DNA of 64,000 bases from Geopsychrobacteraceae bacterium (GCA_963676795.2 CAXXTB010000001.1:1280001-1344000); one strand, 5' to 3'. Shown: positions 49,913-60,713, counted from the stretch's first letter. Notes: generated by a model not told the origin, from the letters alone. Translations and numbers: made by a program.

Positions 49913-51976
49913 ATGGCAGCTGAACTGTTTTTGGAACTGGGGACGGAAGAGATCCCTGCCGGGTTTATCCCTAAAGCACTGAAGGATATGGAGCAAATGC
50001 TCTGCCAGGCGTTGGACGATGCCCGTATCGGCCATGGTCAGGTCCAGACCTACGCGACGCCGCGGCGTCTGGCCATTACTGTCCAGGACGTAGAGCCTGT
50101 TCAGCAGCGTCAAGAGCTGGAAATCACCGGGCCGCCTGCACGTATCGCCTACGATGCTGACGGGACTCCGACCAAGGCGGCGATCGGTTTTGCCAAGACC
50201 AACGGCGTAGATGTGACTGAATTGACGACCATCACGACGGAAAAAGGTGATTACCTGTTCGTTTCCAAGGTGATCGAAGGCGGTGATACCAAAGCCGAGC
50301 TGCCGGCGATTCTTGAGCAGTTGGTGAGCAAGATCAGTTTTAAAAAATCGATGCGCTGGAAGGATCTGGATGTGCGGTTTGCCCGGCCGATGCACTGGAT
50401 CGTCGCTCTCTACGCCGGTGAGGTCGTGCCTTTTGCTTTTGGAAATCTGCAAAGTGGCAACACCTCTCGTGGCCACCGTTTTATGGCCCCGGACGAGTTT
50501 GTCGTTTCAGATAGTGCCGATTACCTTGACAAGGCTGAAAAACATCACGTCATTGCCCGGATTGATAAACGCAGGCTGCTTATCGAAGAGCAGCTCTCTG
50601 CCCTGGCCAAACAGCTTGGCGGTACGATCAATCCGGATCCCGAGCTGATGGATGAGGTCGTCTACCTGGTCGAATCACCACAGGCCCTGGCCGGGACCAT
50701 AGAGCAGAAATTTCTCCAGCTGCCCCCGGAACTGCTGATCACCAGCATGCGCGAGCATCAACGTTATTTCACCCTGCTCGATCAGCAGGGGAAACTGATG
50801 CCCCATTTTATCACTATTGCCAATACCCATGCCAAGGATCCTCAGGTCGTGGTCGCCGGCAATGAACGCGTTCTTAAAGCGCGCCTGTCCGATGCCATGT
50901 TCTTCTGGCACGAGGATCAGAAGGTCAAGCTCGAAGCGCGTCTTGAGCCACTCAAAAAAGTTGTCTATCAGGCCAAACTCGGCACCAGCTATGAGAAGAT
51001 TGAGCGTTTCAGGGCGATAGCCGGAGAGTTGGCAGAGCGTTTTGCGCCGAGTGACCTGGATCTGACCCGCAGGGCGGCAACACTGGCCAAGTGTGACCTG
51101 GAAACCGGAATGGTCTATGAGTTCCCCGAACTGCAGGGGGTCATGGGGCGCGAATATGCTTTGCTCGAAGGGGAGGATTCCCGGGTTGCGACAGCGATCT
51201 GTGAACATTACCTGCCAACCCAGGCTGGTGGTGATCTGCCGAGTGATCATGTCGGTGCTTTTGTCTCTTTGGCCGACAAGATTGACACCATCTGTGGTTG
51301 CTTCAGCGTCGGATTGATTCCAACCGGTACCGCTGACCCCTATGCCCTGCGGCGTAACGCGATCGGTATCCTGGCGATTGTTCTCGACCGCGGCTATGCG
51401 CTGTCGATTCCGCAGCTGGTTGCCAGAAGTGTCGAGTTGCTCGATGCAAAGCGGCTGCGTCCGGCTGAAGAGATTGTTGCCGAGGTCGTTGAATTTATCC
51501 GCCTGCGTCTGGTTAACATGCTGACCTCGCAGGGGTTTGCCGCCGATGTCGTCGACGCCGTCCTGGCCGCCAACTTTGCGGAGCCTGTCGATGCGGTCGA
51601 CCGGGTCAGGGCTCTGACGGAATTGAAAGGTCGTGAAGATTTTGATTCGCTAGCCGTGGCCTTTAAGCGTGTCGGCAATATTATCAAAGGGGGTGTCGAC
51701 CTGCCGGTCAACGACCAGCTGTTTGAAGCTGATTGTGAAAAGATGCTCTACGCCGCTCTCGGTGCAGTTGAGACCCAGGTTGCCGGTCTGGTTGAGACAC
51801 GCAATTATCCGGCGGCCCTGGAAACTATCGCCGGTCTGCGCGAAGCGGTTGATGCTTTCTTTGACGGGGTCATGGTCATGGCCGAGGATGAGCAGGTCAA
51901 GACCAACCGGCTGGCCCTGCTGACCCGCATTTCAACGCTATTCAGAGGCGTTGCTGATTTTAATCGAATCGCTTGA
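49913..51976 (+). CDS. glyS: Glycine--tRNA ligase beta subunit
   Basis: ELGTEEIP, TPRRLA, FARPMHW, EFPELQG, DPYALRR, NRLALL. Confidence 0.98.
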   Translation: MAAELFLELGTEEIPAGFIPKALKDMEQMLCQALDDARIGHGQVQTYATPRRLAITVQDVEPVQQRQELEITGPPARIAYDADGTPTKAAIGFAKTNGVDVTELTTITTEKGDYLFVSKVIEGGDTKAELPAILEQLVSKISFKKSMRWKDLDVRFARPMHWIVALYAGEVVPFAFGNLQSGNTSRGHRFMAPDEFVVSDSADYLDKAEKHHVIARIDKRRLLIEEQLSALAKQLGGTINPDPELMDEVVYLVESPQALAGTIEQKFLQLPPELLITSMREHQRYFTLLDQQGKLMPHFITIANTHAKDPQVVVAGNERVLKARLSDAMFFWHEDQKVKLEARLEPLKKVVYQAKLGTSYEKIERFRAIAGELAERFAPSDLDLTRRAATLAKCDLETGMVYEFPELQGVMGREYALLEGEDSRVATAICEHYLPTQAGGDLPSDHVGAFVSLADKIDTICGCFSVGLIPTGTADPYALRRNAIGILAIVLDRGYALSIPQLVARSVELLDAKRLRPAEEIVAEVVEFIRLRLVNMLTSQGFAADVVDAVLAANFAEPVDAVDRVRALTELKGREDFDSLAVAFKRVGNIIKGGVDLPVNDQLFEADCEKMLYAALGAVETQVAGLVETRNYPAALETIAGLREAVDAFFDGVMVMAEDEQVKTNRLALLTRISTLFRGVADFNRIA

Positions 51977-52018
51977 AAAAGCTTCAGAGATAGTTTGACT
52001 AATTGCGAGGAGGAACGC

Positions 52019-54679
52019 ATGTCTAAGTATGTTTATTCGTTTGGCGAAGGGAAGGCTGACGGCGACGGCTCGATGAAAGAGCTGCTCGGCGGTAAAGGAG
52101 CCAACCTGGCAGAGATGACCTCGATCGGGCTTCCGGTCCCTCCGGGGTTCACCCTGACGACAGAGGTCTGCAAGGCTTTTTACGATAACAATCGTAATTA
52201 TCCAGCTTCGTTGGCCACAGAGGTTGAAGAAGCACTGAAACTTCTGGAAAAGCGCATGGGGAAAGGGTTCGGTGATGCTGAAAACCCCCTGCTGGTTTCG
52301 GTGCGCTCGGGTGCTCCGGCATCGATGCCGGGGATGATGGATACGGTTCTCAACCTGGGGCTGAACGACACCACTATTCTGGGCGTCATCAAGCAGAGCC
52401 AGGATGCACGTTTCGCCTACGACTCCTATCGTCGTTTTATTCAGATGTATTCCAACGTCGTCAAAGGGATGAACGGTGAGGTTCTTGAGCATCTGCTCGA
52501 GAAAAAGAAGGAGAGCCGTGGTGTTGAGCAGGATACCCAACTGACCGCAGACGATCTTCAGGAACTGGTTGCCGAGTTCAAGGTGAGCTACAAGGAAAAC
52601 CTGAATGAAGACTTTCCGGAAGATCCACATGAACAGCTGTGGGGCGCCATCGGTGCTGTTTTCGGTTCCTGGATGAACCCGCGTGCCGTTGTCTACCGCA
52701 AACTGAACGATATTCCGGCTCATTGGGGGACCGCTGTTAACGTCCAGGCCATGGTCTTCGGCAATATGGGTGATGACTGTGCTACAGGCGTTGCCTTTAC
52801 CCGTGACCCGGCGACCGGCGAGAACTATTTCTATGGTGAATACCTGGTCAATGCCCAAGGGGAAGATGTTGTTGCCGGTATCCGTACTCCTCAGCCGATC
52901 AACAAGGCGAAGCATAAAGACGGCGATCTTCCTGCTATGGAAGAGGTCATGCCAGAGAGCTACAAGCAGCTTGACGCCATCCGCAACACCCTTGAGAAGC
53001 ACTACAAGGATATGCAGGATATCGAGTTCACCATTGAAAAGAACAAGCTCTACATGCTCCAGACCCGGACCGGCAAGCGGACCGCTCATGCGGCAATAAA
53101 AATCGCTGTCGAGATGGTCAACGAAGGCCTGATCAGTGAAGAGGAAGCAGTCCTGCGTGTTGCTCCGGAACAGCTTGATCAGTTGCTCCACCCTTCTCTC
53201 GATCCCAAGGCGGCCAAACAAGTGATTGCCAAAGGCCTGCCTGCTTCACCGGGCGCTGCCAGTGGCAAGATCGTCTTTAATGCCGAGGAAGCGGAAGAGA
53301 TGAACCGTCTGAAGAAGAAAGTCATCCTGGTCCGTATTGAAACCAGCCCGGAAGATATTCACGGCATGCACGCCGCCCAGGGGATCCTGACCGCCCGTGG
53401 CGGGATGACCTCGCACGCTGCTGTTGTTGCCCGTGGCATGGGCAAGTGCTGCGTTTCCGGTTGTGGTGAGATCAAGATCGACTATGAAAAGCAGCAGCTG
53501 ACAACTGCCTCCGGTATGGTTCTCAAGCGCGGCGATGTGATTACCCTGGACGGCGGTCTCGGTGAAGTCATTCTCGGCGATGTGCCCAAGATCCAGCCGG
53601 AAGTCAGTGGTGATTTCGCGATCCTGATGAGCTGGGTCGACAAGGTCCGGCGCCTGAAGGTCCGGACCAATGCCGATACTCCGCATGATGCCAAAGTTGC
53701 CCGCGATTTCGGTGCTGAAGGGATCGGGCTGTGCCGGACCGAGCACATGTTCTTCGAAGGCGACCGGATTCAGGCGGTTCGTGAGATGATTCTTGCGGAC
53801 AGCGTCGATGGTCGCAAGCGTGCTCTCGACAAGATTCTGCCGATGCAGAAAGGTGACTTTATCGAACTGTTCCGCGCCATGAAAGGACTGCCGGTTACCA
53901 TCCGCCTGCTCGATCCGCCACTGCATGAGTTCCTGCCGCAGACCGATGACGATGTCGCTGAACTGGCTCAGGCCGTCGGCATGCGTTTTTCCGACATCAA
54001 AGACCACGTTGCTCATCTGCACGAGTTCAATCCGATGCTGGGTCACCGCGGTTGCCGATTGGCGATCACCTATCCTGAGGTCTATGACATGCAGGTCAAG
54101 GCGATCATGGAAGCCGCCTGCGAGTTGATCAAGAACGAGGGATTCCAGATCGTCCCCGAGATCATGATCCCGCTGGTCAGCCATGTCAACGAGCTGAAGA
54201 TTCTGCGCGCCAACGCCGAGCGGGTTGCTGATGCTGTATGCGCCCTGTACGGTGTTGAGGTTGAGTACCTGATCGGGACCATGATCGAGTTGCCACGCGC
54301 TGCTCTGACCGCTGACAAGATCGCTGAGGCTGCTGAATTTTTCTCCTTCGGTACCAACGATCTGACTCAGACCACATTCGGTCTGTCGCGTGATGACGCC
54401 GGCCACTTCCTGCCGGAATACGTCGAGGGTGGTGTCTTGGATACCGATCCGTTCGTTGCGCTTGATCAGGAAGGGGTTGGGCAGCTGGTCAAGATGGGCG
54501 TTGAAAAAGGGCGCAGTACCCGGCCGAACATCAAGCTGGGGATCTGTGGTGAGCACGGTGGTGAGCCGAGCAGTGTCATTTTCTGCCATAATACCGGCCT
54601 CGACTATGTCTCCTGTTCACCGTACCGGGTGCCGATCGCCAGACTGGCTGCAGCACACGCGGTTCTGAAAAACAAGTAA
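52019..54679 (+). CDS. ppdK: Pyruvate, phosphate dikinase
   Basis: LGGKGANLAEM, GGMTSHAAVVARG, GIGLCRTEHMF, SFGTNDLTQ, GICGEHGG. Confidence 0.98.
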   Translation: MSKYVYSFGEGKADGDGSMKELLGGKGANLAEMTSIGLPVPPGFTLTTEVCKAFYDNNRNYPASLATEVEEALKLLEKRMGKGFGDAENPLLVSVRSGAPASMPGMMDTVLNLGLNDTTILGVIKQSQDARFAYDSYRRFIQMYSNVVKGMNGEVLEHLLEKKKESRGVEQDTQLTADDLQELVAEFKVSYKENLNEDFPEDPHEQLWGAIGAVFGSWMNPRAVVYRKLNDIPAHWGTAVNVQAMVFGNMGDDCATGVAFTRDPATGENYFYGEYLVNAQGEDVVAGIRTPQPINKAKHKDGDLPAMEEVMPESYKQLDAIRNTLEKHYKDMQDIEFTIEKNKLYMLQTRTGKRTAHAAIKIAVEMVNEGLISEEEAVLRVAPEQLDQLLHPSLDPKAAKQVIAKGLPASPGAASGKIVFNAEEAEEMNRLKKKVILVRIETSPEDIHGMHAAQGILTARGGMTSHAAVVARGMGKCCVSGCGEIKIDYEKQQLTTASGMVLKRGDVITLDGGLGEVILGDVPKIQPEVSGDFAILMSWVDKVRRLKVRTNADTPHDAKVARDFGAEGIGLCRTEHMFFEGDRIQAVREMILADSVDGRKRALDKILPMQKGDFIELFRAMKGLPVTIRLLDPPLHEFLPQTDDDVAELAQAVGMRFSDIKDHVAHLHEFNPMLGHRGCRLAITYPEVYDMQVKAIMEAACELIKNEGFQIVPEIMIPLVSHVNELKILRANAERVADAVCALYGVEVEYLIGTMIELPRAALTADKIAEAAEFFSFGTNDLTQTTFGLSRDDAGHFLPEYVEGGVLDTDPFVALDQEGVGQLVKMGVEKGRSTRPNIKLGICGEHGGEPSSVIFCHNTGLDYVSCSPYRVPIARLAAAHAVLKNK

Positions 54680-54694
54680 GCAATATCAATAGCA

Positions 54695-54730
54695 ACAAAA
54701 AAAGCGCCCCGATGAGGGCGCTTTTTTTGT
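54695..54730. terminator. Bidirectional terminator between ppdK and the convergent GGDEF/EAL gene
   Basis: ACAAAAAAAGCGCCC-cgatga-GGGCGCTTTTTTTGT. Confidence 0.85.
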
Positions 54731-54761
54731 CTGCAGTTTTGACCAGCCTTTATGGTCAACC

Positions 54762-56960
54762 TCAGGCATAATTTCTGCGTTGTTTGAGAGCTGTCTGCCC
54801 GCCATGCCGCTGGACAAATTCCGTCAACTGCTGGCTGGTCAATGGCCGGCTGTAGAAGAATCCCTGAGCAATGCAGGGGACGTGCTTCAGCAGGTATTCA
54901 TGCTGGCTTTTGGTTTCAACCCCTTCGGCAATAAAGTCCAGATTCAGGCCCTTCGCAACATTGATAACGGCTGGAATGATCGAATTCTCGCCCTGTCCTG
55001 TGGAAATCTTCTGAATGAATGATTTGTCGAGCTTCAGCGTCTGTAATGGCAACCTGTCCAGATAGCTCAGCGAAGAATAGCCCGTACCAAAATCATCAAT
55101 GGCGATCTTTATGCCGGCGTCGGTCATGGTCATGATATTGGAAATGGTTTTTTTCATGTTTTGAATGATGACGTTCTCGGTCAATTCCAGTTCAATCTCA
55201 GACGCATCAACCCTGTACTGGCAAAGTTTGCTGAACAGTTCTTCAGCAAAACGATCTGACGCCAGTTCGTGAGCCGATACGTTGATGGCGGTGCGCAGGC
55301 TGATGTTCTGTTTATGCCAGAAGCTGATATCGCGGCAGACCCGGTCGCGGACGACAGCACCTATTTCGTTGATCAGTTCTGTCTCCTCGGCAATTTCGAT
55401 AAACTTTCCCGGCAGGATCAACTTGTCGCCCGGAGATGTGATCCTGACCAATGCCTCGACCCCGTGGATGCGCCTACAGCCGAGATCGATCTGCGGCTGG
55501 TAAAGAACTTCAAAGCGGTCGTGCCTCAGGGCATCGCGGATCAGATTTTCGATAAACACCTTGTTGCTGTTGCGATTCTTCAGGTTGGTATCGTAGAGGC
55601 AATAGCGGCTGCGATTATTCAGTTTTGAGGTACAGACCGCGGTGTCGGCGTTACGCATCAACTCTTCCCAGGTTGAGCCGTGGTCGGGGAACAGGGCGAT
55701 ACCAATACTCAAGGTCAGGTGAATTTCATGGCCTTCGTGCAGATAGGGGAGTGAAACCTCGGCCAGGATTTTATTGGCGACAGCGTAGGTATCTTCAGTC
55801 CGGTCGATATCGGGAAGGAGCAGAATAAACTCATCTCCACCCAGCCGGCCGAGGGAATCGCCTTCTCTGATATTGCGCTTGAGCATCTCGGCAAAGCTGC
55901 GCAGCACGTCATCACCGATGTTCTGTCCGTAGGTATCGTTGATGAGTTTGAAACGATTGATATCAAAGAAGAGTACTGCGAACCGTTCCTGGCGGTCCTG
56001 TGAACGCATGATCAGGGAATTGGTTTTCTGCTGCAGCAGATTGCGGTTCGGCAGGCCGGTGAGCAGATCGTGGTTGTTCTGGAAGCTGATGATCTCTTCC
56101 GACAGTTTCTGCTCCGTGATATCGCGTGCGACTCCGTAGGTTCCGACGAAATGCTCGCTGGAGGTGCTGCTGATACCGAGTCGATAGCCTCCGCTACTCT
56201 TTCTGTTGATATGCAGGGCCCGGACATCGACATGGAGAATATTGCCGTTTTTGCAGATCAGGCGTAATTCCATGCTTCTGGTGTTGCGCAGGAAAGCACT
56301 GTTCTGGAAAAAAAGCTTGGCCCGTTCGATATCCTTGGCATAAATGATTTCACTGTAGTGGCGGCCGATCAGTTCATTGCGTCGATAGCCAAGTAGGCGG
56401 ACCGTGTTCTTGTTGACAAAAGAAAAGGCTCCCTTGCGGTCGAGCATATAGAGCATGTCAGGTGAATTGTGGACAATGAATTTATGCAGGGCTTCTGATT
56501 CTTCCAGTTTGGCGTAGATCTCGCTGTTTTCACGTTCCAGATATTGTTTCTCGAGAACGTTTTTGATGGAAAACAACAGTTCATCCGGATTGTAGGGTTT
56601 GCGGACATAGTCCTTGGCGCCGATCTTAAGAACGTGAATCGCTTTCTGGATCTCTGATTCGCCGCTGACGACAATAATGCTGGTGTCGATGTTGAGCTGA
56701 TTGATCTGTTCGATAACCTCGGCGCCGTCCATGTCCGGCATATTGAGGTCGAGAAGAACAAGATCAAAAGGCTGCTCCTGCAAAAGCGCTATAGCTTCAT
56801 GGCCACTGTTGATGCTTGAGGCAGTCAGGTTGGCCATGCGCAGAACGTTCTGAATACTCTGTGCCATGCGGAGGTCGTCATCGACGATCAGGATACTCGC
56901 GCTATCATTGGAACATCGGTCACTGGTAAGTATTTCAAAATGTGGCATATTCATTGTCAT
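54762..56960 (-). CDS. REC-PAS-GGDEF-EAL diguanylate cyclase/phosphodiesterase response regulator
   Basis: ILIVDDD/LLDLNMP/KP receiver, PAS, DLLTGLPNR..REGD..GGDEF, EALVR..ELTE..DDFGTGYSS..AEGVET. Confidence 0.93.
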   Translation of the reverse strand: MTMNMPHFEILTSDRCSNDSASILIVDDDLRMAQSIQNVLRMANLTASSINSGHEAIALLQEQPFDLVLLDLNMPDMDGAEVIEQINQLNIDTSIIVVSGESEIQKAIHVLKIGAKDYVRKPYNPDELLFSIKNVLEKQYLERENSEIYAKLEESEALHKFIVHNSPDMLYMLDRKGAFSFVNKNTVRLLGYRRNELIGRHYSEIIYAKDIERAKLFFQNSAFLRNTRSMELRLICKNGNILHVDVRALHINRKSSGGYRLGISSTSSEHFVGTYGVARDITEQKLSEEIISFQNNHDLLTGLPNRNLLQQKTNSLIMRSQDRQERFAVLFFDINRFKLINDTYGQNIGDDVLRSFAEMLKRNIREGDSLGRLGGDEFILLLPDIDRTEDTYAVANKILAEVSLPYLHEGHEIHLTLSIGIALFPDHGSTWEELMRNADTAVCTSKLNNRSRYCLYDTNLKNRNSNKVFIENLIRDALRHDRFEVLYQPQIDLGCRRIHGVEALVRITSPGDKLILPGKFIEIAEETELINEIGAVVRDRVCRDISFWHKQNISLRTAINVSAHELASDRFAEELFSKLCQYRVDASEIELELTENVIIQNMKKTISNIMTMTDAGIKIAIDDFGTGYSSLSYLDRLPLQTLKLDKSFIQKISTGQGENSIIPAVINVAKGLNLDFIAEGVETKSQHEYLLKHVPCIAQGFFYSRPLTSQQLTEFVQRHGGQTALKQRRNYA

Positions 56961-59054
56961 TTACCGAGACCGCTCAAGAGTTCTGGGGATATAGAGACTG
57001 AACTCTGTCCCCAGGTTCTTGCTGGAATAACAGAAAATTTCAGCATTCAAGTCTTTGACGAGATTATTCACAATTGCCAGACCAATTCCGGAATGCCCCT
57101 CCTTGGTACTTTTGACCGGTGAAAAGAGGTTGGCGAGGACTTCATCGCTGATCCCCGGGCCGTTATCCCTGAGAGCGATCTGCACCGCAGGTCTGCCATT
57201 CTGGTAGACATTGTCTCGGCTCATGATCTCGATCTGGCCACCGTCGGGCATAGCTTCAACAGCGTTTTTGAGCAGGTTGATGATGATCTGTTTCAGCCTG
57301 TCATGATCGCAGACAAGCTGGGGGACCGACGGGTCCAGCTGTAGCTGCGAACTGATGCCTGCGGTTTTGTATAGGGAATTTTTCAGCAGTTGGTCGGTCT
57401 CTCGCAGCAGCTCATTGATGTTGGCGGTTGTGATCTTTGTTTTTGGTGTATGCGCCGGATCCTTGGCACGCAACAAAATCGTAGCGACCCGATCGATCTC
57501 GCTCCGGATCGTCCTGATCTGTTCCTGGGCCTGATCTGATGCATCGAGCTGAGCTCCGAGAGTATAGAGGTAGTTATTAATGATCGTTAGTGGATTGCTG
57601 ATTTCGTGGATCAGCTCCCTGAGGGCTGTACTCTCTGTCAGAGTGCCGACACCTGCCTTCTGGAGCCTCGTCCAGTTTAACGCAAGTTCCTGCCCGATCA
57701 GCTTGAGCAACGGCTGTGCTGCGCTCAACCTGGTCTGATCGGTGCGCTGGTGGCCAAGAGCGACGACGCCCAGGCAGGACTCCTCGGTGACCAGGGGGAG
57801 CAACAGCAGGTCGTCGCAGTCGAGAATCCGCGCCAGTTGGCGATCAGCTATCGTCCCGGGAGTCTCGTCGCTGGAGATCAGGGCTCTTTGCGCAAAAGCC
57901 AGGCTCAGCAAACACTGCGGGTCGTTATCGGGAAAATATATTTCATCCAGTTTGCTCTGGTTGAGGTCGTTGATTGCGGTGAGCTTTGCTGTTTCAGTGC
58001 AGTGCATGAAAATACAGATTTTATCAAGATTGAAAAGCGAACAGAAACAACTCCTCGCCACTGATGCAAACTCATTTTCACTGTTGACCGTGCGGGAAAA
58101 GCCCGAGTGGCTGAGGGCGATGTTCTTGACCTGTTGAGCAAGGCTGTCGTTGCTTTTAGCTGTTTCGTCATCGAAAAAGCTCTCTGACTCGTCGGTGCAG
58201 AGATAGAAGCGGCCGCCGAAACCCAGATCGGAAATCATCTTCTGGCTGGTCGCCAGTGCGGCATCGAGACAATTGAGTGTCGATGCTTCAGTCAGGCCTA
58301 AAAGTTCAGCAGCCCTGGTCAGGTGGGCCTGATTTTCGCGGGCATTGTTTCTGGAGGAGAGGGCCGCAGTGACGGACAGGATCTTGAGCAGTAGTGGAGC
58401 GTTGTGCAGTTCTGAGACGGGGGAGCGTTGAAAGAGTATGGCGTCGGCGCTAAACGAATCAAGCTGCCAGGTTTCGAGCAGCGCAGCTCCCAGTTCGCAA
58501 TGGTCAACCCTGAACTGCTCGCGTTCAAGGAGGTGAAATTCGTCAGTCGCCTGGTAATAACGGTCGAGCAGGGGGAGATAGTCTTTTTCGCGATTCAGCA
58601 GCAGGAGCAGCATGCCGACCTGATGCAGCAGGCCGGTCAGAAAAGCTTCCCCCGTTTTTTCATAGCCGACAAGCCTGGCGAAACGTTCAGTCAGGTTTGC
58701 ACAGAGCAATGACCTGAGCCAGATGAACTGCACCTGACGGCAAAAGCTTTTGGTAAATTTGGCAAAAAACTGCTGGATGGCGCAGGTCGTGACAATCTGG
58801 CGAACGTTGGCCAGGCCAAGCACGATCAGGACGCGGCGAAGGTCACTGAGATCCTTCCACTGACGGTAGACGGGAGAATTGGCGACCTGGAGGATTTTGC
58901 TGGTCAGGGCGACATCCTGCTTGATCAGCTGGGTGAACATTTCAAAATTGGCGTTGTCGTCATGGCACAGGTTGAGTAATTCAACCAGCAGGCTTGGTTC
59001 GGACGGCAGGTGAGCAATGTCATAAAATTGATTGTTCAGATAGATACGTTGCAT
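56961..59054 (-). CDS. HDOD-(GAF-like)-histidine kinase
   Basis: HDOD motifs LPS..DVALTSKILQVANS..GLLHQVG..DHCELG; HEISNPL; NLLKNAVEA, DNGPG, GIGLAI. Start chosen at the ATG 9 nt after GAAAGGG. Confidence 0.88.
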   Translation of the reverse strand: MQRIYLNNQFYDIAHLPSEPSLLVELLNLCHDDNANFEMFTQLIKQDVALTSKILQVANSPVYRQWKDLSDLRRVLIVLGLANVRQIVTTCAIQQFFAKFTKSFCRQVQFIWLRSLLCANLTERFARLVGYEKTGEAFLTGLLHQVGMLLLLLNREKDYLPLLDRYYQATDEFHLLEREQFRVDHCELGAALLETWQLDSFSADAILFQRSPVSELHNAPLLLKILSVTAALSSRNNARENQAHLTRAAELLGLTEASTLNCLDAALATSQKMISDLGFGGRFYLCTDESESFFDDETAKSNDSLAQQVKNIALSHSGFSRTVNSENEFASVARSCFCSLFNLDKICIFMHCTETAKLTAINDLNQSKLDEIYFPDNDPQCLLSLAFAQRALISSDETPGTIADRQLARILDCDDLLLLPLVTEESCLGVVALGHQRTDQTRLSAAQPLLKLIGQELALNWTRLQKAGVGTLTESTALRELIHEISNPLTIINNYLYTLGAQLDASDQAQEQIRTIRSEIDRVATILLRAKDPAHTPKTKITTANINELLRETDQLLKNSLYKTAGISSQLQLDPSVPQLVCDHDRLKQIIINLLKNAVEAMPDGGQIEIMSRDNVYQNGRPAVQIALRDNGPGISDEVLANLFSPVKSTKEGHSGIGLAIVNNLVKDLNAEIFCYSSKNLGTEFSLYIPRTLERSR

Positions 59055-59163
59055 ATCTATCATCCCTTTCTGCAGCGGCAATGGAAAATTTCGGCCCAAA
59101 CAACAGCTTTGATACTATGACGAGGTTAAACACTAGCGAAAAATAAGAAAAAAATAAAGATCT

Positions 59164-60060
59164 TTAATCTATTTTACGGAAGGTTATAGACTTGTCAATG
59201 GTTGTTCTCAGCTGCTTCGCCTGAGAGCTTTTCAGGCGCCCCGATTTTTCAGCGAGGTCGAGCGTCTTTTCAGCCAGGAGCTGATAGACACCGAGGGTTT
59301 CCGGTGCGCAGTCATAGAGCGCTTGCAGATGCTGTTCGACGGTCCCGTAATCTCCCCGGACGATCGGACCGGTCAGCGCCTGTTCCGGAGGTAACTCTTC
59401 CAGATTGGCAATAGTTGCCTTGAGCAGCGGCATCAGGACCGGTGTCAGTTGATCTTCTTCAATCTGGCAGTGGCGGAGCAAATCCCTGGACAGGCTGAAC
59501 AGGGTAACCAGGAAATTGGAGGCGATACTGGCCGCCGCATGATAAAGAGGCTTGGCAGCAGCTGGAATCTGAAATGCCTGCCCCTGGAAGCAGGCGACAA
59601 TCTGTTGGCCGATGGCAACAGCAGTACGGCCACCCTCCAGGGCGCAGGGACAGTTGCGCAGGTTACTGAACGCCTGTTGTGCATCGGCGAAAGGAAACAG
59701 GGGGTGCAGGGAGAGGGCCTGTGCTGGGGGAACGGAGCTGGGATAGAGGACAGAAGAGCTTTTGAGCCCACTGAAGTGAATCAGGGTTTTGTCGGCGAGA
59801 AAAGCGTGCTCCGCCAATCTGATGGCAACCTCGGTAATACTGTCGTCCGGTACCGCCAGAAGAATGATTCTGGCTTGTGCCGCCAGGGTGAGGTCTGTTG
59901 TGGCATATTTCTCTGCACAGCCGATGAAGTTGCAGGCTGATCTGCTGCGCTCCAGGTTCCGGCCGATGACCGCCTGAATCATAAAACCATTTACAAAGAG
60001 GTGGCGTGCGATTGCGCAGCCGACGCGGCCCGGTCCGATAAGGGCAAAACTGTCTTTCAT
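59164..60060 (-). CDS. Rossmann-like + DUF2520 oxidoreductase (PanG-like putative ketopantoate reductase)
   Basis: IGPGRVG, AVPDD, HFSG, SLHP, YHAAASIASNF, ALTGPIVRGD. Confidence 0.8.
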   Translation of the reverse strand: MKDSFALIGPGRVGCAIARHLFVNGFMIQAVIGRNLERSRSACNFIGCAEKYATTDLTLAAQARIILLAVPDDSITEVAIRLAEHAFLADKTLIHFSGLKSSSVLYPSSVPPAQALSLHPLFPFADAQQAFSNLRNCPCALEGGRTAVAIGQQIVACFQGQAFQIPAAAKPLYHAAASIASNFLVTLFSLSRDLLRHCQIEEDQLTPVLMPLLKATIANLEELPPEQALTGPIVRGDYGTVEQHLQALYDCAPETLGVYQLLAEKTLDLAEKSGRLKSSQAKQLRTTIDKSITFRKID

Positions 60061-60713
60061 TTGACACTGACCTTAAGGGTGCCGACCTGTTCAATTTCCG
60101 CCACCAGTTGATCGCCGCTGTGTAACGGGCCGACCCCGGCGGGGGTTCCGGTGAGGATGACGTCACCCGGCTGCAGGGTGAAATATCTGGAAACGACGGC
60201 AATAATTGCGGCCACCGGCCGAATCATCTGGTTGGTGTTTCCCTGCTGCCTGAGCTCGCCGTTGATGTGCAGGGTGAGAACCAGATTGTCCGGGTTTGCT
60301 ACCCTGGTGGCGCAGATAAAGTCAGACAGCGGGCAGGAGCCGTCAAAGCCCTTGGCCAGCTCCCAGGGGAGCCCCTTGCTTTTCAGCTCATCCTGGAGAT
60401 CTCGCAGGGTCAGATCCAATGCCACGGCATAACCGGCGACGTATTCAAGAGCGGCCTCCTGGGCAATGTTTTTTCCCTTGCGGCCGATCAATAACGCCAG
60501 TTCCAGTTCATGATGGCAATCGTTGGAATATGCCGGTATCTCGATTTGCTCCCCCTCTCCGATGATACAGGTCGGCGGCTTACAGAAGATGACCGCACTG
60601 TCCGGAACCGGGTTGTTCAATTCACGAATATGGTCAAGATAGTTGCGTCCCAGGGCTATGATTTTCCCAAGAGGGACCTGATTTTCCGTTCCGATGATGT
60701 TGAGCATTTTCAT
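60057..60713 (-). CDS. Fumarylacetoacetate hydrolase family protein (YcgM/FAHD1-like)
   Basis: GRNY..H, FCKP, HHELEL, DLTLRDLQ..PWELAKGFD, GDVILTGTPAGVG. Confidence 0.92.
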   Translation of the reverse strand: MKMLNIIGTENQVPLGKIIALGRNYLDHIRELNNPVPDSAVIFCKPPTCIIGEGEQIEIPAYSNDCHHELELALLIGRKGKNIAQEAALEYVAGYAVALDLTLRDLQDELKSKGLPWELAKGFDGSCPLSDFICATRVANPDNLVLTLHINGELRQQGNTNQMIRPVAAIIAVVSRYFTLQPGDVILTGTPAGVGPLHSGDQLVAEIEQVGTLKVSVK

